A stretch of 63,786 bases of DNA, filler included, from Intoshia linei (taxonomy: Eukaryota; Animalia; Orthonectida): the NCBI GenBank assembly GCA_001642005.1. It is 7 parts of 7 records of this genome, joined end to end, with 100 filler letters (N's around TTAATTAATTAA, not from the genome) between each part and the next. Parts side by side here need not be neighbours in the genome. Positions count along the whole stretch, not along the records: positions 1 to 5,796 come from LWCA01001754.1; positions 5,897 to 14,495 come from LWCA01001441.1; 5 more parts are not named here. One strand, written 5' to 3'. The position numbers were made by a program, and so were the translations under genes. The notes beneath the pieces were generated by a model, which saw only the letters and a list, made by a program, of their open reading frames with translations, searched no databases and was not told the DNA's origin. This document shows, piece by piece, positions 1 through 12,881 of this stretch (within the stretch, counting starts at the first letter, position 1; each line of letters opens with the position of its first letter).

Positions 1-3000
1 GATCAAATTTTGTATGGATCAAAAATAAATAATTGTTTTCTCGGTAAGATTATTTAAATTTTGAATAATTGGTAGATGTTGTAAAACCAATATGTAATAA
101 TGGAATTGTTGACAAAGAAGAAAGCTGTGATTGTGGCGAAAAGGCAGAATGTATGCTACTTGGTGACAAGTGTTGCAACCCCTCCACTTGTTTTTTTTTT
201 GAAGGAAAAGTTTGTAGGTAATTTATTTTTATTTAATCCAGTTGTACTGTGACCTCCGGTTGGATTTATTCAATTTTATTGCTTATTTTTTAATTTCAAA
301 AAATGTCGCGACCGCCAGAGTGCAAATCCGATATGATGCTGTAAATAAGTAGTAAGCTTGGTTTTTCTATCACGGGTGGTATATATTAAAAAATTGTATT
401 TGTCATTTGTATTTCATTTTATATTTTTTTTAGTCCAACTAATAATGTTTGTTGTGACACTGATTGTACTTTTATTCCTAAAGTAAAAAATAAAATTTGC
501 CGAGAAGAATCTCAATGTCAATATTCATCAATTTGTGGATATCCTTTTTATTTCAATTACAATTTTTGTATTGTGGTTTAAAACCTTTTTAAAGGTTGAT
601 TCATTTTTGACTGAGATGTAAATTTAGATTTTTCTAATTATTTTATAATTGTAGTTTTTATAATAATTTTATTTAAATTTTGATATTATTTATTTTTTTC
701 CTGAATGTGTACTTATGAAGGTAAATGTGAAGATCCCATTAATAAACCAGAAAATACTGTATGCGGAAAATCAAAAACAATGTTTTGCCAGAGTGGAGTA
801 ATTTTCAAATTTATTTTAACGCTTCGAAAGTGAGTAAATCGTAGATCAATAGCACCAAACTACGATCCGCTAACCAAATCATATACGTATTTGAATATTA
901 TCCGGCCCCGATTTTTAAAAAAACACATTATCTAGTAAATTTTTGTTTAAGCGTAGAAAATACTGATAGTGTGCAATTTGATTTTTTTATTTTTGAACGA
1001 CTAGCAGCTAGCTCTGCCGAAGGTAGAATTTTTAATTGATTATAGACAATGAATTTGTAATCTTATAAATAATCCACTTATAGTTAAAAACGAAAAAATA
1101 TTTTTAATTAAAGGATTTTTGAATTAGCTACCGGCAGAGCTGAACCGATCTTATCAAGCTCCTTTTCGGGTGGGATTCGACAAAATTTTGAATGATATGT
1201 CCCTCATTTTTACAAATTGCGTATTCAGAAAAAGCTATATTTTGATATGAACTATTTTGTGTGTAAAATCCAGGAACGTGGAGAGGTGAGTAGGGTTTAT
1301 TGGAGTGCTTTTTAATCTTTTTTACTTTAGGCGCGCTTGTGAAATACATGAAAATTTTATTAAAAACCTAAAAACATGATCAAAATTTTTTTTCGCATGT
1401 CGCATATATCAAACAATTTGATTTTTAATTAAAAAATGACGCTTCTAATATTGAAAAAATATAAATTTTTTAATAAAGAAATTTGGGCCTGATATTTTTT
1501 ACAAAAGTTTTTAATTCTTGGACGTGTTTTTGAGACATACACGAAGTTCTTCTACCGCCAGCAGCTTTGCTCATTTCTTATGCTTAATTGCTGTCAATGC
1601 ACAAAATCCCAATTCACTCAATAGAATGTTAAAAAATTGCATTAGAATTTTTAAGGCTTTTGATGCAAATATAGGGTATTCCTTATCAACTAATAACCAA
1701 AACTTTAAATTGAAAAATATCGCATTTATATTTCACGTAACCGCAATTAAATTTCACTGAACAAGGGTTGAGAACCACTGGTTTAGATGTTCCATTTTTT
1801 AAATTTTTTTTATTGGGCCTACCATTTTTATCTGGCTCAAACCTACTGCTGGCTCTCTAGCCCTGTATGCAATCAGTACCTATGCATAAAATCATATTTA
1901 AGTAAATTTTAAATATTAAATTCGTCTAATTTGTCAATTTTAAACTCATCTTTTAAAGAATGAAAAAAGGTTTTATCTTCTCGTACCCGTTGGAAGCTCT
2001 AATACCCTAGTCAATCAATTACTTGAATTTTTATATTTCATATTTTTTGCAAAATTTCATAAACAAAAACCATAACCTTTCAAGGGCCCGTGTTGAGATC
2101 TATTTTTGTGTTAATGTAAATGTCATTTGTATAGATTTGCCAAAAAACAATATGCCAGCTTTTAAATCAAATTGATTGCGATTCGGACCCAAATGATTTG
2201 GATTATGAATCTCTATGCTATCTTTCATGCCAAGAAAATAGTACTTTTTATTCATATTAAACTATGCTAGTCGATTGGTTCGTATGGACCCTTGGATAGA
2301 TAAACATTTTTAAATGATTAGGTATTAAACGGTACAGTGAACCTTTTCGTTGACCGTCATCTATTTATGGGTGGTTTAAGTCAATTTTCACTTAATTGTA
2401 TAATATGATCTGTGGGTCCATTTTTATAAGATTTATGGGAGTTTGACTTTGAGGGCATTGTGTTAATGCAGCGGTTCCCAACATATTTCACAGTTGGTAC
2501 CCCTAAACTGAAATAAAATATTTTGGTACCCCATAATAATTTAAATTTAAGGTATCTATGACACCTTAGCAATTAATAAAAATTTTTAAAAATGTTAAAA
2601 CTTTACTTGACCAAAAATGGACATCTGAAAAATAATGATTGAACTGATGAAATATAAACGTATATATATTTAATATGCATCTGTAAAATCGTAGAGACTA
2701 TCAAATAGACGTAAATACATAAGGAACTAAGTATATTATTACAAATTAATTTTTATATTCTATCATTTTTGGAAATTTAAAAAATATTTGTAATTTATGA
2801 GTCATAGTATCAGACGAGCTGGTACCCCTAAATAATTTCTGGTACTCCTTAGGGGTCCAAATACTATATTTGGGAACCGCTGTGTCAGTGAATACTATCA
2901 CAAAGAATTTTTTATCGATTAATTGTAAATTTAGAAAATGGCAAATGCATCAATTATAGAAATTCTCCCGAATTTGTATTAAATTCAATACGAAATATTA

Positions 3001-3578
3001 TCAATGTATCTAGCTTTACTACAGATTTTAGACGAGAAAAACGTATTTTACTAAAATGTACATTTATATAAAAAATGATCACTAGATTCAAAGTGTTTTT
3101 TAAAGAATAACAAATTGGGTTATTGCGATTTTAAATTAAAATGTCGACCTTTCGACCCAGACAGTCCATTTCAACCTTTATATGATTTTTTTAATGGAGA
3201 TTATTTGGAAGATAATATAAAAATTATATTAACTGTAAAAATTTAATTTGATCAAAAAAATTTAAATTTTAGAGGTACTGGTGGGCAGTGGTGCTTGGTT
3301 CAATGAGTATTATATTGTTTATGGGATTGATAGTTCATTGTTTTGCAATTTACACACCAACTAATAATCCAAATGCTCAACCGGCCAAATCAATAAAACA
3401 TAGCTTTTACAATGTCGGCAATACGGTATTTTTTTTTTTTAATGGAAATGTATACATATTTTTTTAGATCAAACGCATGTCAATTGTAAATAATGTACTT
3501 TTAAAATGTCATCAATTTAATTAAATTTAGCCAAATCCTAGACAGTTTCAATTGGCTCATATGTCTAATCGAAAATAA
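1..3578 (+). CDS. ADAM10: ADAM10/Kuzbanian-like metalloprotease, 3' part (disintegrin, Cys-rich, TM, cytoplasmic tail); multi-exon, 5' truncated
   Basis: Exons at 1-43, 76-217, 434-538, 713-797 and from about 2135 onward splice to give ICNNGIVDKEESCDCG...KVCSPTNNVCCDTDC...CGYEGKCEDPINKPENTVC...GYCDFKLKCRPFDPDSP...WWAVVLGSMSIILFMGLIVHCFAIYTPTNNP. This matches the ADAM10 pattern GYCD..RC..D.DGP / HWWAVL / HTPSSNP. Probable stop at 3576-3578. Confidence 0.9.
539..712 (+). other. U12-type (minor spliceosome) AT-AC intron in ADAM10
   Basis: 5' end ATATCCTTT, branch-like TTCCTGAAT at 698-706 and 3' end AC. Removal joins GG+T (Gly) and keeps the disintegrin reading frame. Confidence 0.8.
2469..2882. 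mobile_element. hAT-type MITE in an ADAM10 intron
   Basis: TIRs CAGCGGTTCCCAA / TTGGGAACCGCTG; flanks tgttaatg / tgtcagtg (6 of 8 match as a TSD). Confidence 0.7.
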
Positions 3579-4250
3579 ATATAATTATCAAATATTTTCT
3601 TTTTTTGGATGTAATGTCAATTAAGCTTTTACCTTTTGTAAATTATTTAATTTTATTATGTTCTATTAAATGTTTATCTTTTTTATTCATCTATAATAAA
3701 TCTAAGTTGTTATACATCAAACATTATACACGTGGGTATTGGGATGTCACATCGATTTCAAATTTTGATATTTTTTAAAACGTACCAGGTAGATCATGTG
3801 TATTTTTGAATAAAAATCACGATGTAAAAAACCGTTTTTGAAAAAATTCAAATTAAAGCTGCAGTGAAACCTAACAAATATATAGTCAAACGTTTAGTTT
3901 TTCATGACTAGACATGCAGCTTAAAATGCATTACGATTGTATCAAATTTCATAAAAAATTTCAGATAAAATTTAATTCCAAAAATCGAATTACACTTTGT
4001 AAAATTTGTTATTTTCTTAAAACAAATAGTACTTTATTATTTGAGCGATATTATCTAGTCTTTTATAAAAGAAACATTTCTATTTAATCAGTTCCGAAAT
4101 TTCACATCTGCTAAATAATGGGTTTGTTTTATTTATTAATTGGGCCAGTTGTATTAATAATTTTGTAATTTGGCAATACAACAGCCTACTTGATACATAT
4201 TTAGAATTTAAAATAAACTATAATATCTGTATTTATTTTGCGCATTTAAA

Positions 4251-5128
4251 ATGTTATATTTTTCAGAAAATGAAAATGCTTGTAAAGTTATTGAAAAGAG
4301 CACCACCGTAACAAGGTCCAAACGAAAAAATACCCATGCAAACATGAAATCGGATAATTCAGAGTATTCTACTACTACAACGTTAGATTCTGCAGTTTTT
4401 TCAAAGGAAATTTCTGATAGTGATATTTCGAACGATTATAACGGTGATAAAATTTTAACATCATTGAAGGAGAGAGTTATCGAAAAAAAACAATTTTCAA
4501 ATCTTAATAGCAGATTGGCTAATTATATTGATCATATCCATAAATACAAGTTATGTAAGGTTATTATTTTACATGTTAAATATTTTATATTAAATCAATG
4601 GTATTGCTACATTAATTGTTGATGAAAAATTTAATAATATTCTTAGGACGATGTTGATCGATCTTTTCAAATTGATAACTCACAAATTGATATTTTAAAA
4701 TCTGAAATTGATAATTCCAAGTGTATTTTAAATGAAGTGCAGACCGAATATGTCCTCTTAAACAGCAAAATGGATGACCAATTGGAAATAAATAGAAAAT
4801 TGGAAAATGTGTAATTTTTACATTTTTAATTACTAAGTCTGAAAATTTATTTTAGTTTATTTTTAGATGCAAAAAATTAAAGGAAAAAAATATTAAACTT
4901 GAAGAGTCTAATACTGATTTACAATTAAATGTTAATGATCTTACAAAAATGATTAAAAAAAACAAGATTAAAATGGAAAATATCAATGATTCTTTTTCGG
5001 AAGTTACAATGAATTATAGCGATCTAAATAAACGATATGATTCTGAACTGCGTAAGCGTATTTTATCTGAAAATGAGTTAACTACCTTGAAAGAAAAAGT
5101 CAATACATCTGAACTGATTCATAAAAAG
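4251..5128 (+). CDS. Lamin / intermediate filament protein, head and rod, 3' truncated at the contig gap
   Basis: Ser/Thr-rich head followed by the coil-1A motif EKKQFSNLNSRLANYIDHI. Further coiled-coil exons at about 4649-4809 and 4867-5128 are bounded by AG/GT. Confidence 0.75.
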
Positions 5129-5596
5129 GTACTTTTTTATCATTATATTTTTATGTTTATCCAATAGTCAATAAACAAATTATTTTTCAGACACGAATAG
5201 TCTGTGTATATTAGGGTGTCACATTTTTTGGAAAATTTTAGAATTCGATGGGAAATTAGCACTAAAAGTGTGTATTTTTAAAATAGAAAAACTAATTTGC
5301 AATCAAAAATATTTAACGCTATCTATTCGAGTTGCGTTTGTCATTTTAAATATCATTGTATAAATATTATGAAGAAATTAAAACTGAACTTTATTTTAAC
5401 GGAAATCGGCGTTTGAGCTTTGAAACGTGGTACCGCCTTTATAATACTGTTCTTTATGTTTAGTTATACAGTTTATTTTTTTAAATTTGTTTCTAGCTCA
5501 ATTTGTTTGGATTTTATTAACGATTTAATTTTTCGAATTTTGGTTATTTACAATATAATAAATTCATTCAAATATAAGACATTCACGATCTTGTTA

Positions 5597-5657
5597 GTTA
5601 TGTTTGCAATAAATAAAGTCATGTTTGCATTGAATGAAGTCATGTTTGCAATGAATA
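5597..5657. repeat. Short 21-bp tandem repeat (about 3 copies)
   Basis: gttatgtttgcaataaataaa / gtcatgtttgcattgaatgaa / gtcatgtttgcaatgaata. Confidence 0.7.
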
Positions 5658-5796
5658 TGGTCAATACAGAGATTCCATCATATACCAAAACTTATTAGAT
5701 ATTTTTTGTTAAAATAACTTTTAAGTCATTTTTAAGAAGCAAAAATTAAATTAATCTTTTACAATATATTCGGGAAATTTTTTTTTATGATAATTG

Positions 5797-5896
5797 NNNN
5801 NNNNNNNNNNNNNNNNNNNNNNNNNNNNNNNNNNNNNNNNTTAATTAATTAANNNNNNNNNNNNNNNNNNNNNNNNNNNNNNNNNNNNNNNNNNNN
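5797..5896. other. Artificial contig spacer (also 14496-14595, 37210-37309, 44331-44430, 52909-53008, 61590-61689)
   Basis: Identical N44-TTAATTAATTAA-N44 block, a six-frame stop linker, occurs six times. Confidence 0.97.
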
Positions 5897-6267
5897 CAAA
5901 ATGGGACATACAGTCAAAAATACTTTTTGAATTTCAAACAAAAATGTAAAATTGGGATACTCTAGTATGTATCTTGTATTGTCTTGTAATCGAGCCAGTA
6001 GCCTCGCCTGATGCTGGTAACGTAAAAATTGTAGGTCTCTTATATTTAAAGTAGTACAGTAGTGTGGTTTTTAGTATAAATAACAAATTCTAACTACGAG
6101 TTACTCGCAATAATGAATAAACCATTTTAAAGTAAAAAATTTAGGAATAAAAATTTTTTCGTGACGTTCGTTGACCCGAGTTGTAAAACTTGTATTTTTC
6201 ACGACCGGTCTGCAAATGTATTTATATTTTATTATACAGTGTCATGCAAATTATTTTTTTATTATAG

Positions 6268-8685
6268 AATATACCAGGGTATGATGATGAAGAAAATGAT
6301 ATTACTATGAGTTCAAAACGATGGAGTAAAAAAATGAATGATACAATTAATTTTAAATCGCGTATAAACAAGTCTGTAAACATATCAAAACGTAATCGCA
6401 GCGACGATTCTGATTCAGATTATGAAACGTGTGCGAAAAATTTATTACCTTTAATCAACCAAGTTGAAGAACGTGACAAAAATATGCAGACTTGTAATAG
6501 ATGTCAATGTCGATTTTTTAAAAAAAAGCCAAGATTGGACAATCCTGATATTTATACTAAAGAGCAGATTAGTTTATTTTTGAAAAAATTATAAAGTAAA
6601 TTTGATGTGACCAGTGAACATTGGTGGGTTTTTTAATTGGATACGTGAATGCATGGATTTAATATTATTTTAAGGTCGAAATTTTCCCAAATTACCATTT
6701 GTCTCATTTATAGGTTATATCATTACCGTTCCATGGGAGAAATGATCCAAAGTATTATTCATTATTTATTCTTAAATTTTTTTATTTGCATTAATTAATC
6801 TTGAACTCTTTGAATTTTACAAAATTAGTACAAAATAATTACTATAAAATCACTAATAAAGCTAAAAACATGTTATATTTACATTATTTATTATTCTCAT
6901 GTTCCAGAGGATATTCAGGTACATGATGTATATAGATCATTAAATAGTAGCACCATTATGGTGCTAGGGTAGGGGTTTTTATGTATAATAAATTAACTTT
7001 TAAAAGTACATTTTTTATTTTAGGTTTACGCGACCTAACAAAATCACCCATTGCATATAGTACAAATATTGATGAAGGTTTATCTCTATTAATTATCTTA
7101 TTAACCATCCAAATAGTTTTATCTAAAACCAAAGAGATTGGTGAAATTATTAAAAAAAACAAAACTGTAAAATTTGATGAAAAATATAAAAAAGTGGACA
7201 AAAATAAACCATTCACATATAAGCCATTTACTTCAAACACTTATACTGTTAAATTAAAAGAGCCAATAATTGTAATATTATGTAATATATGTATACTTTT
7301 TGTTAAAATTCTTGTTTATTATTTAAAGCAAACATTCTCAACTTTTTTTCGCTGTGACCCTACGATGGTATTGCAAAAAAACCTGTGAACCCCAAAAAAA
7401 TATATACATTACATCCATTTTCAAAAAACATGTTACATATATGTACATTATACCTTATGTAAAATTTAATATGTGTGTATTACCGTTTATTTAAAAAGCC
7501 CGCTTGCTAATGCAATTTTTCAAGGCTGAAGCATCATTGTAAATGATATTTTCCGAAATTGAGTTAATCACAGTCAAAAACCAATTTTATTTTTTTAAAA
7601 ATAAAATCAATGCTAATATTTCAAAAAGAATATATTATGGAACGCGTTTGAAAGTCGTTACAATTGGCGTATCTCAGAAACTTAAATTTTGATATTCAAA
7701 ATCCTAAATTTTTTTAAAATGAAAAAAGTCCTACATTTTTATAAAATATAAATTCTGTGGTGGTTTTAAAATCATAATCATTATCATAAATAACAATTTT
7801 AAAAAATTTTGCTGGAAGTTTTGATTTTTTAAATATACCGTAACACAGACATTCAATTCTTTACTTATAAAAAATTTTTCATGGACCCCTAAAAACTGCT
7901 GTGAACCCCGTCGAGAATCGTGGATTTAAAGTTGAAAATTAGTATAATACATTAATAATTGCTACTAATAGTTCAAATGAAATTAATTGTTTTAGAATCC
8001 TAAAAAAGTTCAAGGAACACCTGATTATCTCGCTCCAGAATTGTTACTTAAAGAAAAACACGGTAAAGAATGGGTGAGTGCAATGGTTTATTAAATTTAG
8101 ACGAACGGATCGATTGGTGGGCATTGGGAGTTTGTGTTTTTGAATTTTTGTTTGGTATACCGCCATTCAACGATGACAGTCCGTCTAAAATTTTTCATAA
8201 TATTTTATACAGAGGTAAATGTATTTATTATTATAATTTAATGAAATAACGTTTCAGGTATTAAATGGCCAGATGAAGACTCTAAAAATTACCATCATGT
8301 GTGTGTAAATTTTATCAAAAATTTGTTGAAAACTAGTGTTAATCAACGATATGTATATAAGGGTAATACTATACTAGACTATATTTATTTTATGTATTTA
8401 GATATTATTAAAGATAAATTTTTTGAAAATTTTGATTGGAATCATATTCTAGATATGACTGCACCATTTACCCCTTTTCCGGATGATCCTACGGATACTA
8501 CTTATTTTAATCGTATGTTTTTAATTTATATTGAATGAAAATCTTGGGATAGTCAATTTATGAGTTATGTATCAGTCATTTAAATTGAATTATTTATGAT
8601 GTAATCTAAATCTAATTAATTATTTCATTTTGTAGCTCGAAACAAGGAACAAAATATTAACACCGACGAACCATCTGTAAATTAA
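6268..8685 (+). CDS. MASTL: Greatwall/MASTL Ser/Thr kinase, non-conserved middle region and C-lobe; 5' truncated
   Basis: Spliced exons give [16 protein letters not shown]|[38 protein letters not shown]|GIKWP...[16 protein letters not shown]|PRN. They are preceded by a long low-complexity insert, which is typical of Greatwall. Confidence 0.88.
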
Positions 8686-9070
8686 TTATAAAATTTTACA
8701 TTTTATTTTTTCAATAAATTCTAACACTTCCAGATGATGCACAATTCTGTCTTTACATCAACTGGAATAAGTTGTATCAGAATGTATCTTTTAAAAATAT
8801 CTAGGACTTGTTTAATTTATAAAAGAAGGGTAAATTGGGGTTTTTGAGTCTGAAGAACTCAATTTCTAAAAGTAACTTTTCGATAGATCTGTAGACTTGA
8901 AAACTATTAAAAAATGATGATTTTAAAACTCTACGCCTCTTAATTTCTTAAAGAAAGGGATGCAGACAAATATACATTTTTAGCTCAATTACTTTATATA
9001 AGTAAGAAATCCTTAGTAAGGATACTAACGTTTTATTGGTGTTTACAAATGTACATTATTTTTATTCAGT

Positions 9071-12000
9071 TCAATTTAATTTTTGTTGAGTTAAAATATA
9101 GTCTATTAAATTCCAATTGTCTCGACATCTAAATTAAACAATAAAAATTAATTTGTAAATCAGCGTTTGCCATCTTTCATTTAAAAAAATAAATAACAAT
9201 GCGCAATTATCAATTTAGAACTTTATAAACCTAATTATGAAATTTTCGACATTCATAATTTGGGATTTACCTTACACGGTTGACAACACGCTGAATTTGA
9301 ATATATTTACATTATTATATAAAGTAATATTTGTATAAAATGTTTAAATTTAAAACTTACAAATTGTGAATGCTTAATTTATGTTTGACTAAATTTCGTT
9401 GAATTTTTGTAATGTACTGAATCAAGTGCTGAGAATTGGTTTGTATTCTTTTTTTTAAATTAAGGCTGCAAATTTCAAAAATTGTCACTATCCATTTCAT
9501 TATTAGCTCTATGCAGAATTCCTCCAATATCAAATCTCCCAAAATGTCCAATAATTTGTCAATATAAATGTCAGGTATGTTTCGGATCATTAAATCAACT
9601 AAAAAAAGATTTAATACATTTAACACATACATAAAATAACCTGACATAATAGATAACTATTTATATACAATTGTAATAGCCCTTTAAATTTTTTTATCAT
9701 TTACAAGTAGGGCCGTGAAGATATGACAGTTATATTATTCTAAATATTTGGCATCAGAAAAATTTTTACTATAGCAGGGTTACACTGAAAGAAAAGAACA
9801 ATCGCTGGATTAAACACTTTGTAGAATCAAAAAATGTTATTTATAATTTAAATTGTATATATGGCTAACTGTTGGCTCTCCACGGGCCTATTTACAAGTC
9901 TAATAAAAAACTTTTCAAATTTGAAACCAAAGTAGAGTTTCAATAGTCTTAGTTATGCTGATTAATAAATAAAAACAAAATTTTAAACGCCCTAATCATG
10001 ATATTACCTTTTTCGATAGGAGTATTGGCGATAAGTTTGGTAATTAAACTAGTTTCATTTAATTTAATGGCCATCATAATAGCTAATTCATAATTCGATT
10101 TTTTATATTGTTGTATGGTTGATTCAATTGATACATCAGTTTGTAACTTGATTGGATCAAAATTTGTGTACTGATCAAGAGAAAAGATAACAATGCCTTC
10201 AGTAGTGGCAGCTGTCCAACTATGTCCTGTGGGGCAAAATGCAACACTATAGACTGAAATTTTGGGATGCCATTGCCTGGAAGATTTTTCACTATATTTA
10301 GTTCCGGGTAAAGAGGGCTTAGCAAAATTACCATCACCATTTAAATCGGAAGAAATCATGGAATTTGTGGTATATTTTAACTTCCACCATTGATATTTAG
10401 TTCTTCTATCCAAATTTTCCATCATTCCGTCTAATGAAATATTTTTAGTAATTTCAAACCTTTTTATCAACATTTGTTTGGGAACGGAGTACATGCAAAC
10501 ATATTTTGAAGCTCCAGCAGCAATAATCACGTTGCTATCACTTGAAAAAACAATAGTATTGAAAGCTCTTGTAGAAGAAGCTTTTTTTGCGGTTATCTTT
10601 TCATCTTCGTTTTTACTGTACCCTAAATCACTTTTTCCGTAAATAATACCAAATTCTTCCCAATTATAAGTAGTGTAGATATAAATACGAGCATTTAAAG
10701 TAGAAATTGCCAAATATGCACTATTGGGCGAAGAAACTGTAGTCAAAACCTCACATCTAACCGATATTGATTCATTTTTACCAGTACCGTTACTATATAG
10801 ATCTGTGACTCTAAATGTATTATCCCAAGACCCACTGATAATGCAATTGAGAGTGAATGAAACAGAAACAACTGGGCCTTCATGACCAGATATCATTTGC
10901 AATATATGGCCCGTTTGTAGAGACCACACGTAAACTTTAAAAGTTTGGAAAGATCCAGCTGCCACAAGTTGAGAAGAAACGGAATTGCTGCATTTATCGA
11001 CAGCCAAGCAACACAACTGGGTTAATTCAGGTGTAGTCATTGTTCGGAAATTTCGATATCTAATCATATCAAATGCTCTAACAGATCCATCCATCGATGA
11101 AGATATTACTGCTGAGGAGGTAGAGGTAAAACTTAACTGTGTTATTGATGAAGTATGCTCATGGAAAGTTACAAAACATTGACCAGTGTGAACTGTCCAC
11201 ATTTTAATTTTTCCATCGTGGCCGCCTGTAGCTATGTATTCTCCATTAGGTGAGTAAGCAACACATGTTGGTGCTCCACCAGAATGTCCTTGTTTTCTTA
11301 TAACATATGTTTCACTTTGCCATTCCCACACAACAATCTGACCATTTGATGATCCACCACTTTTTGTGGTAATAGCTACCCAATCTCCATCATTATTTGA
11401 CAGTATATTTGTTATTGACATACCGGCAGATAAACTAAGAGAATGGATCATTATAAAATCAGGCATATCATGAATGAAAAAAGTGCCATCTTCAAATCCA
11501 GACACTAAAATTTTTCGATTGGAATTGTAATCTGATGCAGTCACACAACACCTCTTTAAATTCAATTTAATACGGCAGTCAGCATAACTGTATTTATGTA
11601 CTTTTTTATAATTCCATTTTTCAGCATTCTCAGTATCTTTTTGAACATCAATAATTGTAGCCAATTCTTGTAGACTGTAATTACACTTCCATACAAATAC
11701 TTCTCTTTGTTTACTTATACCATATACTGTAGTGTCTTCAAAATAGGACGCCACAACAGAATCTGAAAACCCCATCAAATAGTATGGAAAAACTGTATCA
11801 TTATCTACCAGTGGGAAAATTCGAGAAGTCATATCTGTATAAGATGCTAAAAGGAACCTTGAATCATCAGACCAACAAAGATGAGTGACATTGCTCGTAG
11901 ACTTTCGTATGGTTTTGTATAAGGTAAAGGTACAAAAAGTTCTTTTACAAAGAGGAGTATAATAAACTAAAACATCGTTATCCCGTGAAACTGCAACATA

Positions 12001-12306
12001 AGCTGAATCTGGAGAAAACAAAATATTGGATACAGGTCTAAGAAAGCTATATTTGCTGATTACTCGATAGCTCTGTAGGCTAAACAAAACACATCTACCT
12101 CTCTCATCAACAAATATTCCGACGATTCCATTAGGAGATGTAGCAATAGTTGTTATATTTTCGTCCAAACTTGTTTCGACACATTTTTCTTGACCATTAT
12201 TCAAATTTGTTATGCTTAACTTATTACCAACAGGGCAGTATAATTCTTTATCTTTTGAAAATAATACGTTTCCATGAGAATATACAGATCCAATCAAATT
12301 CGAAAA
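9071..12306 (-). CDS. PWP2: Periodic tryptophan protein 2 (PWP2/UTP1), WD40 SSU processome factor; first small exon not located
   Basis: FSNLIGSVYSHGN start region, GQIVVWEWQSETYVIRKQGH, VRAFDMIRYRNFRT and AATTEG motifs. Terminal exons 9361-9598 and 9071-9128 (LCRDNWNLIDY...stop). Confidence 0.95.
9708..9890. mobile_element. hAT-type MITE in a PWP2 intron
   Basis: Termini TAGGGCCGTG / CACGGGCCTA with a perfect 8-bp TSD TTTACAAG. Confidence 0.85.
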
Positions 12307-12881
12307 CTAAAATTATTATTAATCAAATTTACTAATTTAAATGAATTTTATTTCAGTGTATCATAAACTTTGAAAGATGGAAGTTTAGAAACCGATTAAA
12401 AAATAATAGATTTTATATCTGTTGGGTGCTTAAAATCGTTAGTATTGTGTAAGATTTTGCTAGTAAAGTTAATTTTTTACTAATTTTTTTATTATGTTAA
12501 TATATTTTTTTCGATACAAAACAAAAAACAATTAATGTAACGGGCCTCAAATTAAATACTATACAATTGGGTTTCGAAACACTATTACGTTGAATTGTCA
12601 TTTTTACTATACAAAATCAAAAATTTGAAAAATATTCGTTGATACAGTATAGCGACATATTAAGTGTTTTTAACACACTTTTTTCAAAAAGTGGTCCACT
12701 TTTAGCAACTGTTCCAATGACAAAATGGATTAAGTTATGTAAACAAAATAGTGAATAAAGATTAGAAAAAAATGAATATATGTCAAAGAGGAGATAGTTA
12801 TCAAATCAACCAACACAACACCAATAATTAAGGAATTTGCACTTAACCCTTTGAAGAATTTTGGATACATTTTTAAAAATA

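Noticed and set aside
5797-5896. Repeated TTAATTAATTAA palindrome flanked by Ns as a biological motif
   Set aside because: Identical 100-nt artificial linker at all six gaps.
9017-9026. Minus-strand GTATCCTT as a second U12 donor
   Set aside because: It lies downstream of the PWP2 stop, with no coding frame or matching branch point or acceptor identified.
10083-12335. Plus-strand ORFs overlapping PWP2, and short ORFs inside Helitron copies (18345, 25114, 25407, 60128)
   Set aside because: Antisense shadows or chance frames in AT-rich repeats, with no recognisable motifs.
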